In this document: piece by piece, positions 47,940-61,276 of the stretch
How the letters are laid out: every line of letters begins with the position of its first letter
Position numbering within the stretch: the stretch's first letter is position 1
Program-made: the position numbers and the translations under genes
Source: Zancudomyces culisetae HAW-14-8
Taxonomy: Eukaryota > Fungi > Kickxellomycota
DNA: 64,000 nucleotides
Reading direction: 5' to 3'
Assembly (NCBI GenBank): GCA_052426225.1
Contig: JBNJNM010000006.1
Coordinates: forward strand, 806,001 to 870,000
Notes under the pieces: model-generated
Seen by the model: only the letters and a program-made list of their open reading frames with translations
Database searches by the model: none
What the model was told of the DNA's origin: nothing

Positions 47940-50037
47940 TCAAGACAAATGCTGGATTACCACAGATTGCAAAAGCTTAGCATCAGAAATGGTGGCACTT
48001 TCGTCCGAGAGAACAGCGTTTGGAAACTGTGTCTTCAATACGTATTTTCTTCCTTTTGCAGCCTCAGGCTTTTTCCTATTTGTAAAGTAGCAGTTACATT
48101 TAGCATGTTGGTAACCAACCCTTTATACTCAAAATTGGATACAAAAAATTAAGTATTTACATATCAATAGCGCGGCGAATATCGGCAACAGTGTGTAAGT
48201 GGTTGAGCCTTAAAGTAAATCGCGACCCATCACACAACCTAACTTGAATTTTTGTGAAAGGCAAGCCTTCATCAACTTGAATTGGTTCGCTGTCTGCTGA
48301 CTGAGAAATACCAGTGGTAGCAGGTTGAGTGGAAGATGACACCCCCACAACACTGGGCGTAACTTCGCCCAACCTTCTCCCCCTTCCCTCAAACGGAACA
48401 AACTTCTTGGGAGGTGGGGTATAGTCTTCATTATTTCGTTGCTGTACCCGAAGTTCTACGTGTTGCCCAGGACGAATATTCAATAGATGTGTAGGAGCAT
48501 ATCTATTTGTTTTTTATCCTGGGTTTACTGGTGCGAAAAAAAGTATAAAAATCACAAGAGTAGTTGTGTAGATAAAAAGCTGGATGTCACCCATAGAATT
48601 AAAATTTAAAAAGTGAGAAAAAGCTCGCTCTTACCCTGCAAGTATGGATCTTAAATATTCTTGCGTGTTGGGGTCATCATTGGAGTGAAGAGGTCCATCG
48701 TCCATACTGAATCCATTCCTCCATATTGTCAGGTTTCTAATCACAGGCTCAGAGTCTGTTTCTTGAGAGTTGTGATCTTGCTCAGTAGGTGTATCGTTGA
48801 CCAATGTTCTTCCTAGTAAACCAAGTTATTTTTAGATAAGAAAAGACTTTAGCTAGAGTCGCCTGTATTATTATTACCAGCGAAATATAGAAATACATCA
48901 CCAACTATTATATACCAATAGGAGTCGGGTCAATAACAAAATTTGCATGGTACAAACCTTTTCCTTTAAAAGCCCCAGAGGAGTTCAATGTCTGTTCTGG
49001 CTCTAGGGAACTTCCACCTCTAAATCCATATTATTACTATTAATAAAGATTTAAAATTATTTTTAATACCGCATTCTTACTCTGCTGCCTTTTTCAATAT
49101 CTTTTCAATCAAGTTGGCATTCGCTTCTCTTTCAGATTTTGGTGCCCTAACTGCCATTCCACTATTATATCAGCAATAAAGGTTTTGGTTTCTAATCCCA
49201 TTAAAACTTTGCACATCGGCACAGATACAATAATCCAATTATCAATAAACCAGTATTCCACAACAAATACCAATAAACCTAGTGCAACTGACCTTTTTTC
49301 GCCGCCAGTATAAAAATCAACCTCGTTGTCGCTTTTCTCCTCTTCTTCGAAATCTAACGTTGCAATTCGTGATCTATATATCAATAATTTGAGGTTATTC
49401 ACATTGTACAATATATCCAAAAGAGGAAGAGGTTCAATGTGGAGAAACTGAACTGAATGTCAAATTAAATAAGCGAACAAACCTTGTTTTATAGCCTCTT
49501 TGAGCGCCGAATGTATTATTCCCGGTACTACGTGTGACCCTGGCCTGTGCTTCCTCCATTGCCGACTCGGACTCCTCGGATTCGGAGCCTTCTTGATAAT
49601 CATAATCATCGTCAGACCCAGCCTTCTTTTCGAGGTTCCTGGGGCTTGAAGCACTTCCAGACGCTCTTGGTGCCCCAGTACTCTCTGGATTTTCGATTTC
49701 ATCATAGCAGCTACTTAATGCAACCTAAATATTCAAATTTTTCTTTAAATTTGTACTATTAAATAGTTCGCACATAATCCTCCTCCACACTTATTTATGA
49801 ATGGCAGGAAATTATAGCATAAATTTCATTCACTTTTCCTTATGATTAATATAGATACAAGCAAAAAATGGTGTATTCTTTTGCATTTCTTTGAATTTTT
49901 TAATAGAGCTTGTCAGGACAACTTACATTTAGATCCCAATTACTGGATTCAAGATAAAATCTCGCCTTGTCTTCTTCTACAGGATTTATCAAAATGAATT
50001 GCGCAATCAAATCGTTCTTTTGCTCGTTTGTAGACAT
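47940..50037 (-). CDS. SHP1: p97/Cdc48 cofactor p47/Shp1 (UBA-SEP-UBX), multi-exon
   Basis: ARFYLESSNWDL (UBA-like), FYTGGEK, LTIWRNGFSMDDGPL (SEP), PFEGRGRRLG (SHP box), TKIQVRLCDGSR..NHLHTVADI..YVLKTQFPN (UBX). Confidence 0.9.
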
Positions 50038-50756
50038 GGTTCGTGTTAGGCCTGTTTTTTGGTTTCTTTGAGTTATAATGCTTGCAAAAAATAACATTAA
50101 AAGTGTGTTGAGTTTGATTTCTTTTATTTAGGAAACTAAATTCCCCACTTCATGTGCATTTGCAGTAGTTTGTTACTCATTGGCCCGAAAAACAACCAAA
50201 TTGCGATTTTATTTTTTTCCAAACCAAACAAACTTGTTAATTCTCCAAAATATCAAAATTAAAGCTATGCCCCAATATGTCCTGTGGTTGAGAGCCCCAC
50301 TCAGCTACAAGACATAGGAGTTAAGACAGTTTGTCATATTATTTGTATGCTTATTACCCAGGGTATTTCTAAAATGCAACATCTTTCCCTCCGAAATGAT
50401 TTCTCTTTTTCCCTAGCAATGAGCTCCTGGATATATTTATTGGGTACATGTCACAAACAAAACATAAGGCGGACCCCTGCTGGGGGACATCATACAACTA
50501 CCTAAGCAATGAAAACTCCATCCATGTATACACCGGATATATGAGGTGTAAGGTCATAGTATAAAGTAGATATATTGACAATAAATATGTACAAATGTGT
50601 ATGGGAGGCGTCTCTCCAAAACTAAAAACTACAAATTACAACTATGCCACAGTCTGGGTTTCTAACTAACGCTTATAAAAAACGAGTTTTACTGTATTTC
50701 TCGCTTCTTCATCCACAGAAATGGAAAAATTAAAGTGAAAATTTCTGCAATCGCCC

Positions 50757-51371
50757 TCACTCATCCTCAAATGAAAGTAGGTTTTTATTCCTTTTAACAC
50801 TCTTAACACTCCCAGCATTAGTTTTTCGATTTTTTGGCTTTCTCAGCTCTGATCCTCCCCTTGCAACCGATTCCTCAGAATCTTTTCCTCGACCCGGTTT
50901 CGGGTCTGATACATTTTCCTCTGCTTTAGAGCCTATATCCAAACTTCGTTTACTCGCCCTAAAGACTAAAGATGCAATTCAAATAAGTTCAAGATCTCAC
51001 ATTACTATCTGTGTTTTGTTTTATTTTATATTTTTCAAAGAATAATAATTACCTGGCGGCTTATGAATAATTTTCGCCACTTCGGCTTGTTCCATTATCT
51101 CGCTATTTCTATCATCAGACCCTTCTTGTTCAGTTTTATTATATTCAGTTGACTTCCTATGTTCAGAGTCAGTTTTGTGTGCTTCTCGAAGTTCTCTTCT
51201 CGCCTTTTTATCAAGCAATTCGAATCCATGTTGGTTTTGCATCGCTTTTGAATGAATCGTTGGTGTTTCAGGCACTGAAGACAAAAGCTTCTTTATGAAT
51301 GCTGGTTTATTATCCTGGTATACCAGGTTGTGCCCGGCTTTACCCGCTGCCTTTTTATTTCGAAAAACCAT
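50757..51371 (-). CDS. Small charged protein, DUF4604/KIAA1143-like; intron 50966-51052
   Basis: N-terminal LVYQDNKPAFIKKL and C-terminal KNLLSFEDE*. The two track ORFs splice in frame. Confidence 0.6.
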
Positions 51372-52833
51372 TTTTTTCTCTTTTTATGGAAATTGTATTT
51401 AGAAAGGACAACACACTTTTTTCCAACATTTATTTCAAATCAGGCGTAAATGTTGATACCACTGTTTATTTTCATCAAAAAATTGTTTTCCTTGATAGGT
51501 CATTTGAAAAGATAAAATATTCACAACTCAGGGCCAGCTAGGGCATTATTTTTGGTGTTAAAAGAAACAACAGCTACATGATCTAAGTACAATAACTTCT
51601 GTAGCGGCTCAATGATTAATATATGTTGTAATATAATATTGATAGTAGCTCACGTAGCACAATAAAATTGATCTATAAAACTTCAGAATCATAGTGCTAT
51701 ATTCATGACACTAATACTTAGGGTGTACAGATGCCAAGAACGTTTTTTATTGTATAAAGCACATACAATCGCTCGTAACGAAACATGAAAAGATTTTTAA
51801 ATCTGGAAGAAAATACTGGATATTTTCTTAAGCGGGCAGAATATACTAGATGTTTGAGTGCAAACTGATATATTTAGTCTGGGCATTTCTCCAGAGCTAG
51901 TTATTAGACCCTCTCTCCTTTTGTTTGGGCCAAAAATCATTCTTCGCATAAAAAAGGCGTTTTTGCTTGGTCAGTTAACAAATATGTCAAGATGGAAAGC
52001 AGAATCAAACAAGTTAAGAATAAGCATGATAATTACAAGCTAGTCTAGGAGGATGTGATACAGTCAAACCTGTTTTTTTTTGAGTAGATGAGGCGAGAAA
52101 ATTTTCTACGCCTCATTTAAGCCGTTTTTTCTACGCTTCTAAAAAAAAACAGAAATATACACAAAAAAGTACACAAAATTCAAAAACGACCCATAAATGA
52201 TCAACAGGGCCATACACTTCATAATATTGAATCACATTTCATAACTAAATAGATCCGACAAGCATTCAGCAATCATAAAATGTTGTATTGGTGCCAACCA
52301 TGTTGGTTATAGTCAGTGCCACATTTTTAGTTTATTTTAGGAATACGTATTATTTCTCGTTTTTTCAAAGGATAAGTGTAACATCAAGTGTAGAATGTTA
52401 GGGTGTAGTGAGATGAGGGGAAAGACTGGTGAATATTTCGTAGCTTGATTTTTGTTTATTGTGCAGGTACCATATATTATTGATATAAACCAATAGCTTT
52501 AACAAAATTTTTGCCCGCTCAATTAAAAGCAATATCCCATTTCTTTAGCTTTGCATTTGGCAATACACCAGAATAGGAAACCATGACCAAACAAATCTAA
52601 AAAGGATGTGTAGACAATACTTAGTGCGGGAAGGGATAATTAACATGCTTTGTTACAAAATAAGCTTATATATATTTTTCAAAGCGATTTTTTTAGAGCC
52701 TTGACATTTGTAGTAATGGAAATATTAATAACGTGTAAAAGAAAACACGGTTGATTGTAAACATACGAAAAAGGCACCTATATAATAATAGTGTAAAAAC
52801 GACATTAAAATCGGTGTATGTATTAGAAATAGT

Positions 52834-55288
52834 ATGTATTTAGACGATACAAAAACTAAGGACGGCAGTTATGATGATGAAAAAAACAAGGAGGATACGA
52901 CCTCCAGATGTAATACCACATTGCATTCTTTCAGTCCAGAAATTACTATTAGTAATACTGACAGTAGCAGCAGTTGTAGCTCTTTAGAACCAGGAAAATT
53001 GTATAAAGATTGGAGAATGCAAAGTCCGAGCACTAGAGAAAGCACCAGAATAGTAGCTAGTGTAGCCGGATGGCTGATTCCGGTCAGCCTACTGATCAAT
53101 GGATCGTTTTATGATGCCGAGTTTCTAGCCACGACTATTAAGCATAAGAATATGCCTGGTGAACCTCAAGGTAATAGCGCCCAACGGTTATATTTTTACA
53201 TTAGCGCTGCCTGTTTATTTTTCATTAAACTACAAATATAAAATATAATACTGACTATCTGGCGGGCATAGCCGCTGGGAGTTAGCAAACATAAATATCG
53301 TAACCTTTTATCTTATTCAAATGTAGGGATCAGCCAAGGTAGAAATCAAAATACTGTATTTGAATGAATGTTACCAGCTACAAAACGGTTGATTACATTA
53401 ATTTCTTTCAAACTTAAGAATCTAATATCTACTTTACATCCAAAATAGCCGAATATTTTGCCATAAAAATACCTATGATTGTCATTTGTTTAATTGCGAC
53501 GACATCATTTGTGCTGCGGTGTCTAAACTTTGATGTTATGGTTACAACTGTGATTACCGTATTTTGCATCATTGTTAGTGGTAAGAAATGCAATGTTATC
53601 CTATATATTGGAGCAAAATTCTATACTGATAGCTAGACTACCATTTTTCTATCACAATTATGATGCACCAACCTCACATAGTCAAGATTTATATCATAAA
53701 GAACAACTTTTTCAATGTTATATACCTTTCTAGGAATTCTTCTATTGGTTCTTTCAGTTCACATGACAATTAGTAAAAGGCTTACCCTTAGTGTAGCAGA
53801 TACTATTCCAGATGTGTTTATGTACTTTGTTGGGGTTGCACTGTTTATTACAATTTCAGCGCTCCTAATTATTGATTATGTTCGTGTATCAGATTTTCGG
53901 CGTAAAGGTATGTTCTTGTAAAAATTCCTTTTGCATGTGGAGAGGGAAGGGGGTAGATACCTATCACATGACATTAAAATTAATCAAAAGCTGCATTTAA
54001 CTATATAAAAGTTGTATCATTTTAACAATTAGGATCAGGGATACCAAAGACTCATATGCTGCTTTTGTTCAGTATTATTTCAGTATATTCATGGGCTGCA
54101 TTTGGTGGAATAATACTTCACATTCTAGAGGACACATATTTCTATATTGGCTTTTACGCAAGTATAGGTAATATATATTTAAAATTGTAGTAGTAGGTTT
54201 AAATATACTGTTGAAAAAACAACCTGAAGCGATAATTTCACACACAATTGCTCTACAATAGTATCGATGACGACCATCGGTTTCGGTGATGTGTATCCTA
54301 CATCAATCATTGGAGAAGTGGCATATATTGCTTGGGCATCTATCGGGATGGTAATTACAGGTATATTCTTGGTAAATACAAAGAATGTAGTAGTAGATAT
54401 TGTCGCTGCAAACTACACAAAAAAAATACGTGAAAGGCAGGACCTCCGAGCAAAAAAGAGTTTTATTCAAAACAACATTGTAAATCCTCAGAATAAAAAG
54501 CTGAAAATAGCACCAACTAGTAATAAGAAAAAACGTCGTTCGGCACCAAGTGTCAAAACGCAAAAAATAGGAACGCTTTTGAGAATCCCAAGCGAGATAT
54601 TTTCCATAAGAAAGCTCGGTAGAGGAGATACTGTTCGGTCTTCTATCCGGAGAAAGAGACGACAGGCAATCAAGTTAATCAACAATGAGTTTGCTTGGGT
54701 GTTTTTATTTGTGCTGTGTTTGTGGTAGGTATTCCTGCTGATATATCAGCTATATGAAACAAAAGCAAGAAAAATATACGGATCTATTTTAATTGTATCC
54801 TTCATAATCAACACAAATATATTTGACGAGTGAAAGGAGGGGGTAATATTTGAGTATTATAAAACTAACACATCGAAAACCCAACTCTACAATATAGGAT
54901 ATTTTTATCCACTTGTTTTTATTTTTTAGAAAAGAGGTGGTTATTTTTTGAATGCATGTGGTTTACATTTGTAGCATTCACAACAATAGGTAAAAATTTA
55001 AATACATTTTATATATGGAAGGGTGGGATGACTAGAAAAATAGGAAAAACGATGAAAGCCTGAGTGCATCACTACATACACATATTACTGGAATACTTCT
55101 AACAGATTCATAAATTAACATGTAAACAAAATCTAATAGGCTACGGAGACCATACATTAGAGAGCCAAAATGGAATAATATTCTTTACAGCCGTTTCAAT
55201 ATTTGCGACCTCTAGTTTTACTGCTCTACTGGTAATATCGGTAGATATAGTTCGAAAAAAAGTAAAACAATGGGTAGATAGAGAATAA
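52834..55288 (+). CDS. TOK1: Two-pore-domain outward rectifier K+ channel, TOK1-like, multi-exon
   Basis: Spliced model gives about 8 TMs and two selectivity filters, TTIGFGD and TTIG|YGD (the second split by an intron). Confidence 0.85.
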
Positions 55289-55547
55289 CACCTTTTTCCC
55301 AATTCACAGTACTTTCATGCTTGCATAAAGTCTCTTTAATTTTGTATATTACTGTTATGTTTATTCCATGTAAATTACCATTATGTATTTTTCTGAACTC
55401 AATAATTAAGTGATTTGTTTTTGTTTTTGCTTTTTTTTTTGTTTAGTACACAAATAGCATGCCAAAAATGAATATTTGTGCGTAACAATTACAGAAAGAA
55501 TTTTGCAATTTGTATAAAAAACTTAACAGATACGCTCATAAGCTAAG

Positions 55548-57777
55548 CTACTTCAATTCCCATAGCGTAAGCCTGCTATCATGGCTACCTACAGCCATCC
55601 ATTTTTTCTTAGAGTATACGGCATAAGCTCTGGTTATCGGTAAATTGCGTGTTCTACAAAGAATGGTATCATTTTTTTTGAGTGTCGTCTGATCCTCCTG
55701 TTGTGAACATTGTCGAGGAGGTGACAACGAGCTATATAGATATTTGTTATTATCCATATGGTATTCTGCATTATGGGATGGCGATAGTGGTGAGATGCTG
55801 GTGTTGGCTTCGATGTCTGGATTTTCAATGATTTTTAACACCGCATTGCTAGCTCCATGTGGTTTATTAAAGGAAATGCAAGAAACCGAACCACGATGGT
55901 AATTTATAAGGCCGATATGGGTTAAACTTCTGATACTAAAGATGTGAGCACGGAAATCCCATCCACCTACGGCGAATGTTTCTTCGTCTTCATCAATATC
56001 GATAGAGCTTACTCCATTGTGTTTTAAACTAACTCGACCGCTATCAAAATCACCAACACTGTCCTATTCATGTGTTAACCAATGTTATTCTATAAAGTTC
56101 AAAATAAGCTCATGATACCGTACTTCAGTTGCTTAATCTGTAAAGAGAGTAGTGCCTAATATTTTTTTTGACGACCTATGCTACTCTTATAAAGTAAAGG
56201 CAAAAACAGTGAGTATATGCGGTTAGACCTACCTTGGAGAATTCTTTCAAGTAAACATTTGTACCGGCATTTCCAATAATCAATATTTTGTGTTTGATAG
56301 ATGCCGACATACACAGAACTATACGTATTATACAAATAATCATATCAGTTCTACTTTACGGCTGTCAGCGTGCATCCAATGGCTACAAAAAACATATTCA
56401 AAATACAATATAAACTTAACAAAGCGAGCTTACTGGTATCTCTTGAACTCAAAAATCCATCAACTAGTCTATAAGATCCGTCAGGAATATCATTAACAAC
56501 ATAGTACGAAACCGAGCCATCGTCGAACCCCATAAATACCACGCACCCCCAAGCAGAATTTACAAGAACAAGCGCCATACACATTGCTAATTTCAATCGA
56601 TTCAATTTACTCTGTTTTAGCCCCCTTCATATTATAAAATATTATCGATTGCAACCAATTTTTAACCGTATAGTAGTGCCAAAAGAGGAATATTTATGTA
56701 TAGAAATTGAGGAAAAGTTACATCTAGTGTTTATTGTAGTAAACCTCTCCCATTTTCCAAATTCAATCTCGTATTCTCGATAATCGTTCATTTGTATAAA
56801 TTTTACCTATTATGAAATGAGAGATTCAAGTACACAAGTCTTCTTAGAACCAACAGCAAACTGTAAATGTCAAAAAAAAACATCATAAAAAGCACGGCAA
56901 ATCATATTTAATTTTGTTAGTGTACTTGCTTTGTTGGTATCCGTATTAGACAGCACACCGATATACTGTGTTTGATCTGCAGTTACATTTTATCATACTG
57001 TTAATAATATTACTTCCCAAGCTCTGTAGAAAAGGGAAACAGGGAATGTTTTAACGATTTCAAAAGCAAAAAAGATATGTACAAGGGTTGTATAGGAAGA
57101 GTTAATATTCTTACCATCCCGCAATATGTAGCTAAAACAACAGAAACTCAAAGAATCAACGCCAGTTTCGTGATTTAGGTTTAAAGTACCATCCACTCCA
57201 TTTGCAGTTGGCTCGAACGTCCAGATCTTGAGCAAATTGTCCCTACCCTGACTTTTTTTTAAAACAAAAATAGAAACATAAATTAGACACCAAATTTAAA
57301 TGTAAAGAATCAGCATTTAGTACGAATACTTTTATTCTAAATAAATTGTTTACTATTTCGAATATTCGCAAATGTGCTTACGTTATAATCGTAAAAAAGG
57401 CGCCATCCACAGTCAGGTATGGTTCTCCTTGAGCCTTTAGGATTGAGGCTGAATGGGCATTCGGCAATTCAAATATCTTTTTTTTTAAAATCGCGTTCCA
57501 AATGATTATTTTTCCGTTTTCATCACTAGAATGTTTATATTTTTTGATGCACAAACATATCGTACTCACATTAGAATGTGTGAATAATAAATACAACTTG
57601 TGCTTGTGTCTGCTAATTTTGTATATATTTACCTACATATTAATTAATATGCGAGATTGTAGGTTCAAAAAGAGTTTACCCCGAAACTAAATAGATTCCG
57701 CCAAAAAAATCGACTGAATTAACTGGAGAATCATGACCTCGCAAAACAAAGCTGGGCTCCGTTAGAGTAACACTCAT
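55548..57777 (-). CDS. ASA1: WD40 protein, ASA1/GNB1L-like, multi-exon
   Basis: PSFVLRGHDSPV, QGRDNLLKIW, MGFDDGSV, AVGGWDFRAHIFS, NYHRGSV, AVGSHDSRLTLW. Confidence 0.75.
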
Positions 57778-59568
57778 GGTGGATAGTAAAATCGCTATTC
57801 TTTCGCTTCCACCTTTGTAATTTTTCTTTTCGACTTGGTTTTGTTGCAAAGTGAAAAAGAAATTATTCACTGTAGGTTTAACAGTGTTTGTGTTTTGATA
57901 TAATTTTAATATTTCCAAAGATTTCTACCGATCTGGGTTGATTTGCTCACATATAAAACAAGCCACGAAATGTAGCAAATTGGAAGCAAGGTCAGACCAA
58001 TATTTTTTTTTCTTTCTTTATTTCTTTTGGCTTTTTCCCAGTTCATCCAGCAGGAGAAACGCTTGGTTGTGTTGATATTTAGAAAATAGCTTTATACGAA
58101 ATGAGTAAGCTCAAACACGAACAGAGGAAACAAGGGGAAGAAAAGGAGGCAAGGTGTGTATTGTATGAGTATGCCGAGCTATTTTAGGTGGTACGGCTCT
58201 GTTTGCCCGACTCTAGTTTACTATGTTACTATATTGAACCAAATTGCTGGGTTCATTTATAAGGCAGAATGGACTATAACAGGAAGAACAGTGGTTTCAA
58301 TTCATTTTGGAAACACTAAAGGGAACTTGGGGGAAGATGAATGTGCCTTATTATTGGAAATATTGTCATGGTTTTTGAATTACTCTCAATTGGAGTAATA
58401 ATAAAATGCGCCTCACAATTTCAATAGTTAAATGACCTGTATGACGTGATTCCCAAAAACTATTTGTTTCTATGATGTAATTATTACTATTATATTAATA
58501 CAATTAATACCTTAAATACACCTTGCCAGGTATATAAAATGATTATCTGAATCTTGTACAAAGAAGCGAAAGTTTTCATGTATTTCTCAAAGAAATTGCG
58601 AACTGACTGGATTCTATCTTATAACTCTTTTTTTTTTACTTTACAGTTATATAATTTTGCAGAGTTCTCGACTCTTGAAGGCTTGGGTACCAAAAAAAAA
58701 ACCAATAAGAATAAGAAAAGAAAAGAAAAGCAGGATTGGACGCTTAAAAAGTAATGAGTATACACAATTGGCTTTATATTTAGAATCAAGTTACAACACG
58801 TGCAAAGTTTTAATTATATCATTTTTCGTTGTGGACATTGTTTTGATGTCAATGAGATTTATATTCAAATTGCTGTGAACATACTATTCAAGTAGAATAT
58901 GTGAAAGAAAAAACATATTACTACGCAAAAAAGCAGAAACAAATAAAACATACTTGTTTGTACACAGAGATAAGGCGTTGAAGGAAAGCGGCATTTATCG
59001 AGACATACTGTGCTGTACAATAGAATACTCCTCTAAATCGAGTTTTCACTCCTCAAGTCGATTTATGGCAAAACAAGCAAATTGGTATTTATTTTTTAGT
59101 GCTAATTAGGTAAGTACAAATAAGGTAAACGGGATAAAAACAAACGAAATTACCCAAAAATCAAAGTAAGGATTAGCCATTGGAATGGAACTTGTTTTTA
59201 AGCTTTTCTTTTCAATGGTTTTGGAAATCTGGAGATTTATTGGGATTTTGTTTCTATTTTGGAGCCTACAAAGCGCAAATCACAGTAACAGTGTTCATTC
59301 AGAAAAAAAATTTTCAGTTATAGTTTACCCTTTTTTTTTCCCCGAGATTTGAGATTGAGGGATTGTTGAGTATCTTGGAACAAAAATAAGATATAATAGT
59401 TTACTAGCGCGTTCTTATTTACAAGGTTGCTCAACAAATAGTTCAAACATACCTTGTAGAATAAAAAATAGTGTTCAAGACTGTCTTGTGCCGTTCTAGC
59501 ATAAAACATATGGGTAGTAAAAGATACTAGGATAGAGAAAAAAACAGATAAAGATAAAGTGACGAACA

Positions 59569-61276
59569 ATGCGGGCTGTAACGAGGAGGCTTTGGAAAAT
59601 ATCCCAAAATATATTTGAGCCTACGGGCATACTGTTTCTATTGAGAGTGTACTGGGTGGTGTTGCTACTGTATGGAGAGTTGGGTGTGTTTTATAATAAC
59701 ATTAGCGAGACCAGTTGGCCGGTAAATAACAATTGGAATTTGACGGTAAGTATTAAGACAATAAGCTAAAGCAAATAAAGGGAGAGAAGATGTATAGATG
59801 ATTTAAGGACAGGTAGCGAAATGAAATTAAATGTAATGACGAAATGAAATTATGAAATAGATACCAGAGGCGAGGTTGGAAAAGATAGTAATAGTAGGCG
59901 ATCCGCAGATAGTAGATACTACTTCACATGGGAACACAGGACTTATGCTCACCATGGAAAAGATATTTACAGACATATATATGAAGAAGCATTACTACTA
60001 TATAATGAAACAAAAGAGGCCAGACCGGGTGGTGTTTATGGGAGATCTGATCGATGGAGGTAGAGAGTGGGTGACATCGATATGGTTGAAGGAGTGGAAC
60101 AGGTTTTTGGGGATATTCCGGGCACCAAATTATATGGATAGGAGCAAAGATATACTATATCTTGCAGGAAACCATGATATTGGGGTCGGAGATAACATTG
60201 TGAAGCTAGCGGTGCATCGATTTAGACAATATGTAGGACCACTAAACTTTGTGGTTGACATTGGAGAAAAGGGAGGAGTGGAACTGGTAGGCGTGAACAG
60301 TATAGGGCTGGACTCAAAAATCGCAGAATTTAGACTTGAGACGGAGAAGTTTTTGAGGGAGCTTAACGAAACACGGCGAAATAATCAAAAGAAAAGGATA
60401 CTGTTCACACATGTGCCATTATATCGAGACAGAGATGTAGATTGTGGTCCATTGCGGCAGGGACGAGGAAACAGTGCGATTATTCGAAATGAGCGAGGGT
60501 ATCAATATCAAAATTTGATTAGCAAACGAATGAGTAAGCAGATCTTGGAGAGTGTTAACCCAGACCTGGTTGTTAGCGGAGATGATCATGACAGCTGTGT
60601 GGTAAAACAATGGAACGGTGAGAAGTTAATAGAGGAACATACGGTGGGAGCATTTGGATGGGCTTCAGGAATTCCACGGCCAGCGGTGACATATTTAACT
60701 GTATATACGGGAGCAGATGGGCAGAGCGATTTCCGAATCAGATCAATGCTGCTGCACGACCAGATGAACATATACAGGATGTACTTGTGGAGTTTGGCTG
60801 GCTCAATAGTGATTGTGTTGGTAGTAAGTATATTTATGTACAGAAGGCCAAATGCTAATAATGGATGGGGAGGAGGATTTGGGTTTGGAAGCACAAGCGG
60901 AAATAACAAGGCGCATAATGGGACATCCATTCTGTACCAATATCGTCGTAATGATGACGAGTCGCGTAATGGGAGCAGCAGTACTGGTAGTAGTAGTAGT
61001 AGTGACAGTAGTAAAGAGAAGGCCGCAGTTCCGTTTATTTTGGTAAAAACATTCCGAGAAATCCAAACTAGAGGAACAATAATACTAAGAAAAGTGCAAG
61101 AAAACAAAATGTTTGGTATAGCAAGAAGCAAAGTAAGTCAGCTGAACAGGAAATGCAGAATCAGAAAAATAGCCAGAGTGGTGTTGGATAATGTGCTCGT
61201 CAGAAGCATTGTGTATATCGCAGGCTTTCCCCTTGCTGCATTTATATTGATGCTGATGTATACGTATTATTTATAA
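59569..61276 (+). CDS. CDC1: ER metallophosphoesterase CDC1/MPPE1(PGAP5) family; intron 59746-59860
   Basis: GDPQIVD, MGDLIDGGR, AGNHDIG, FTHVPL, CGPLR, YQYQN, SGDDHD; N- and C-terminal TM segments. Confidence 0.88.

Noticed and set aside
54795-54803. GTATCCTTC, resembling a U12-type 5' splice site
   Set aside because: It lies inside an ordinary GT-AG intron of TOK1, and the reading frame is complete without it.
58101-59085. Possible small spliced + strand gene (lysine-rich exon-like pieces near 58660 and 58970)
   Set aside because: No start-to-stop model or recognisable homology could be built.
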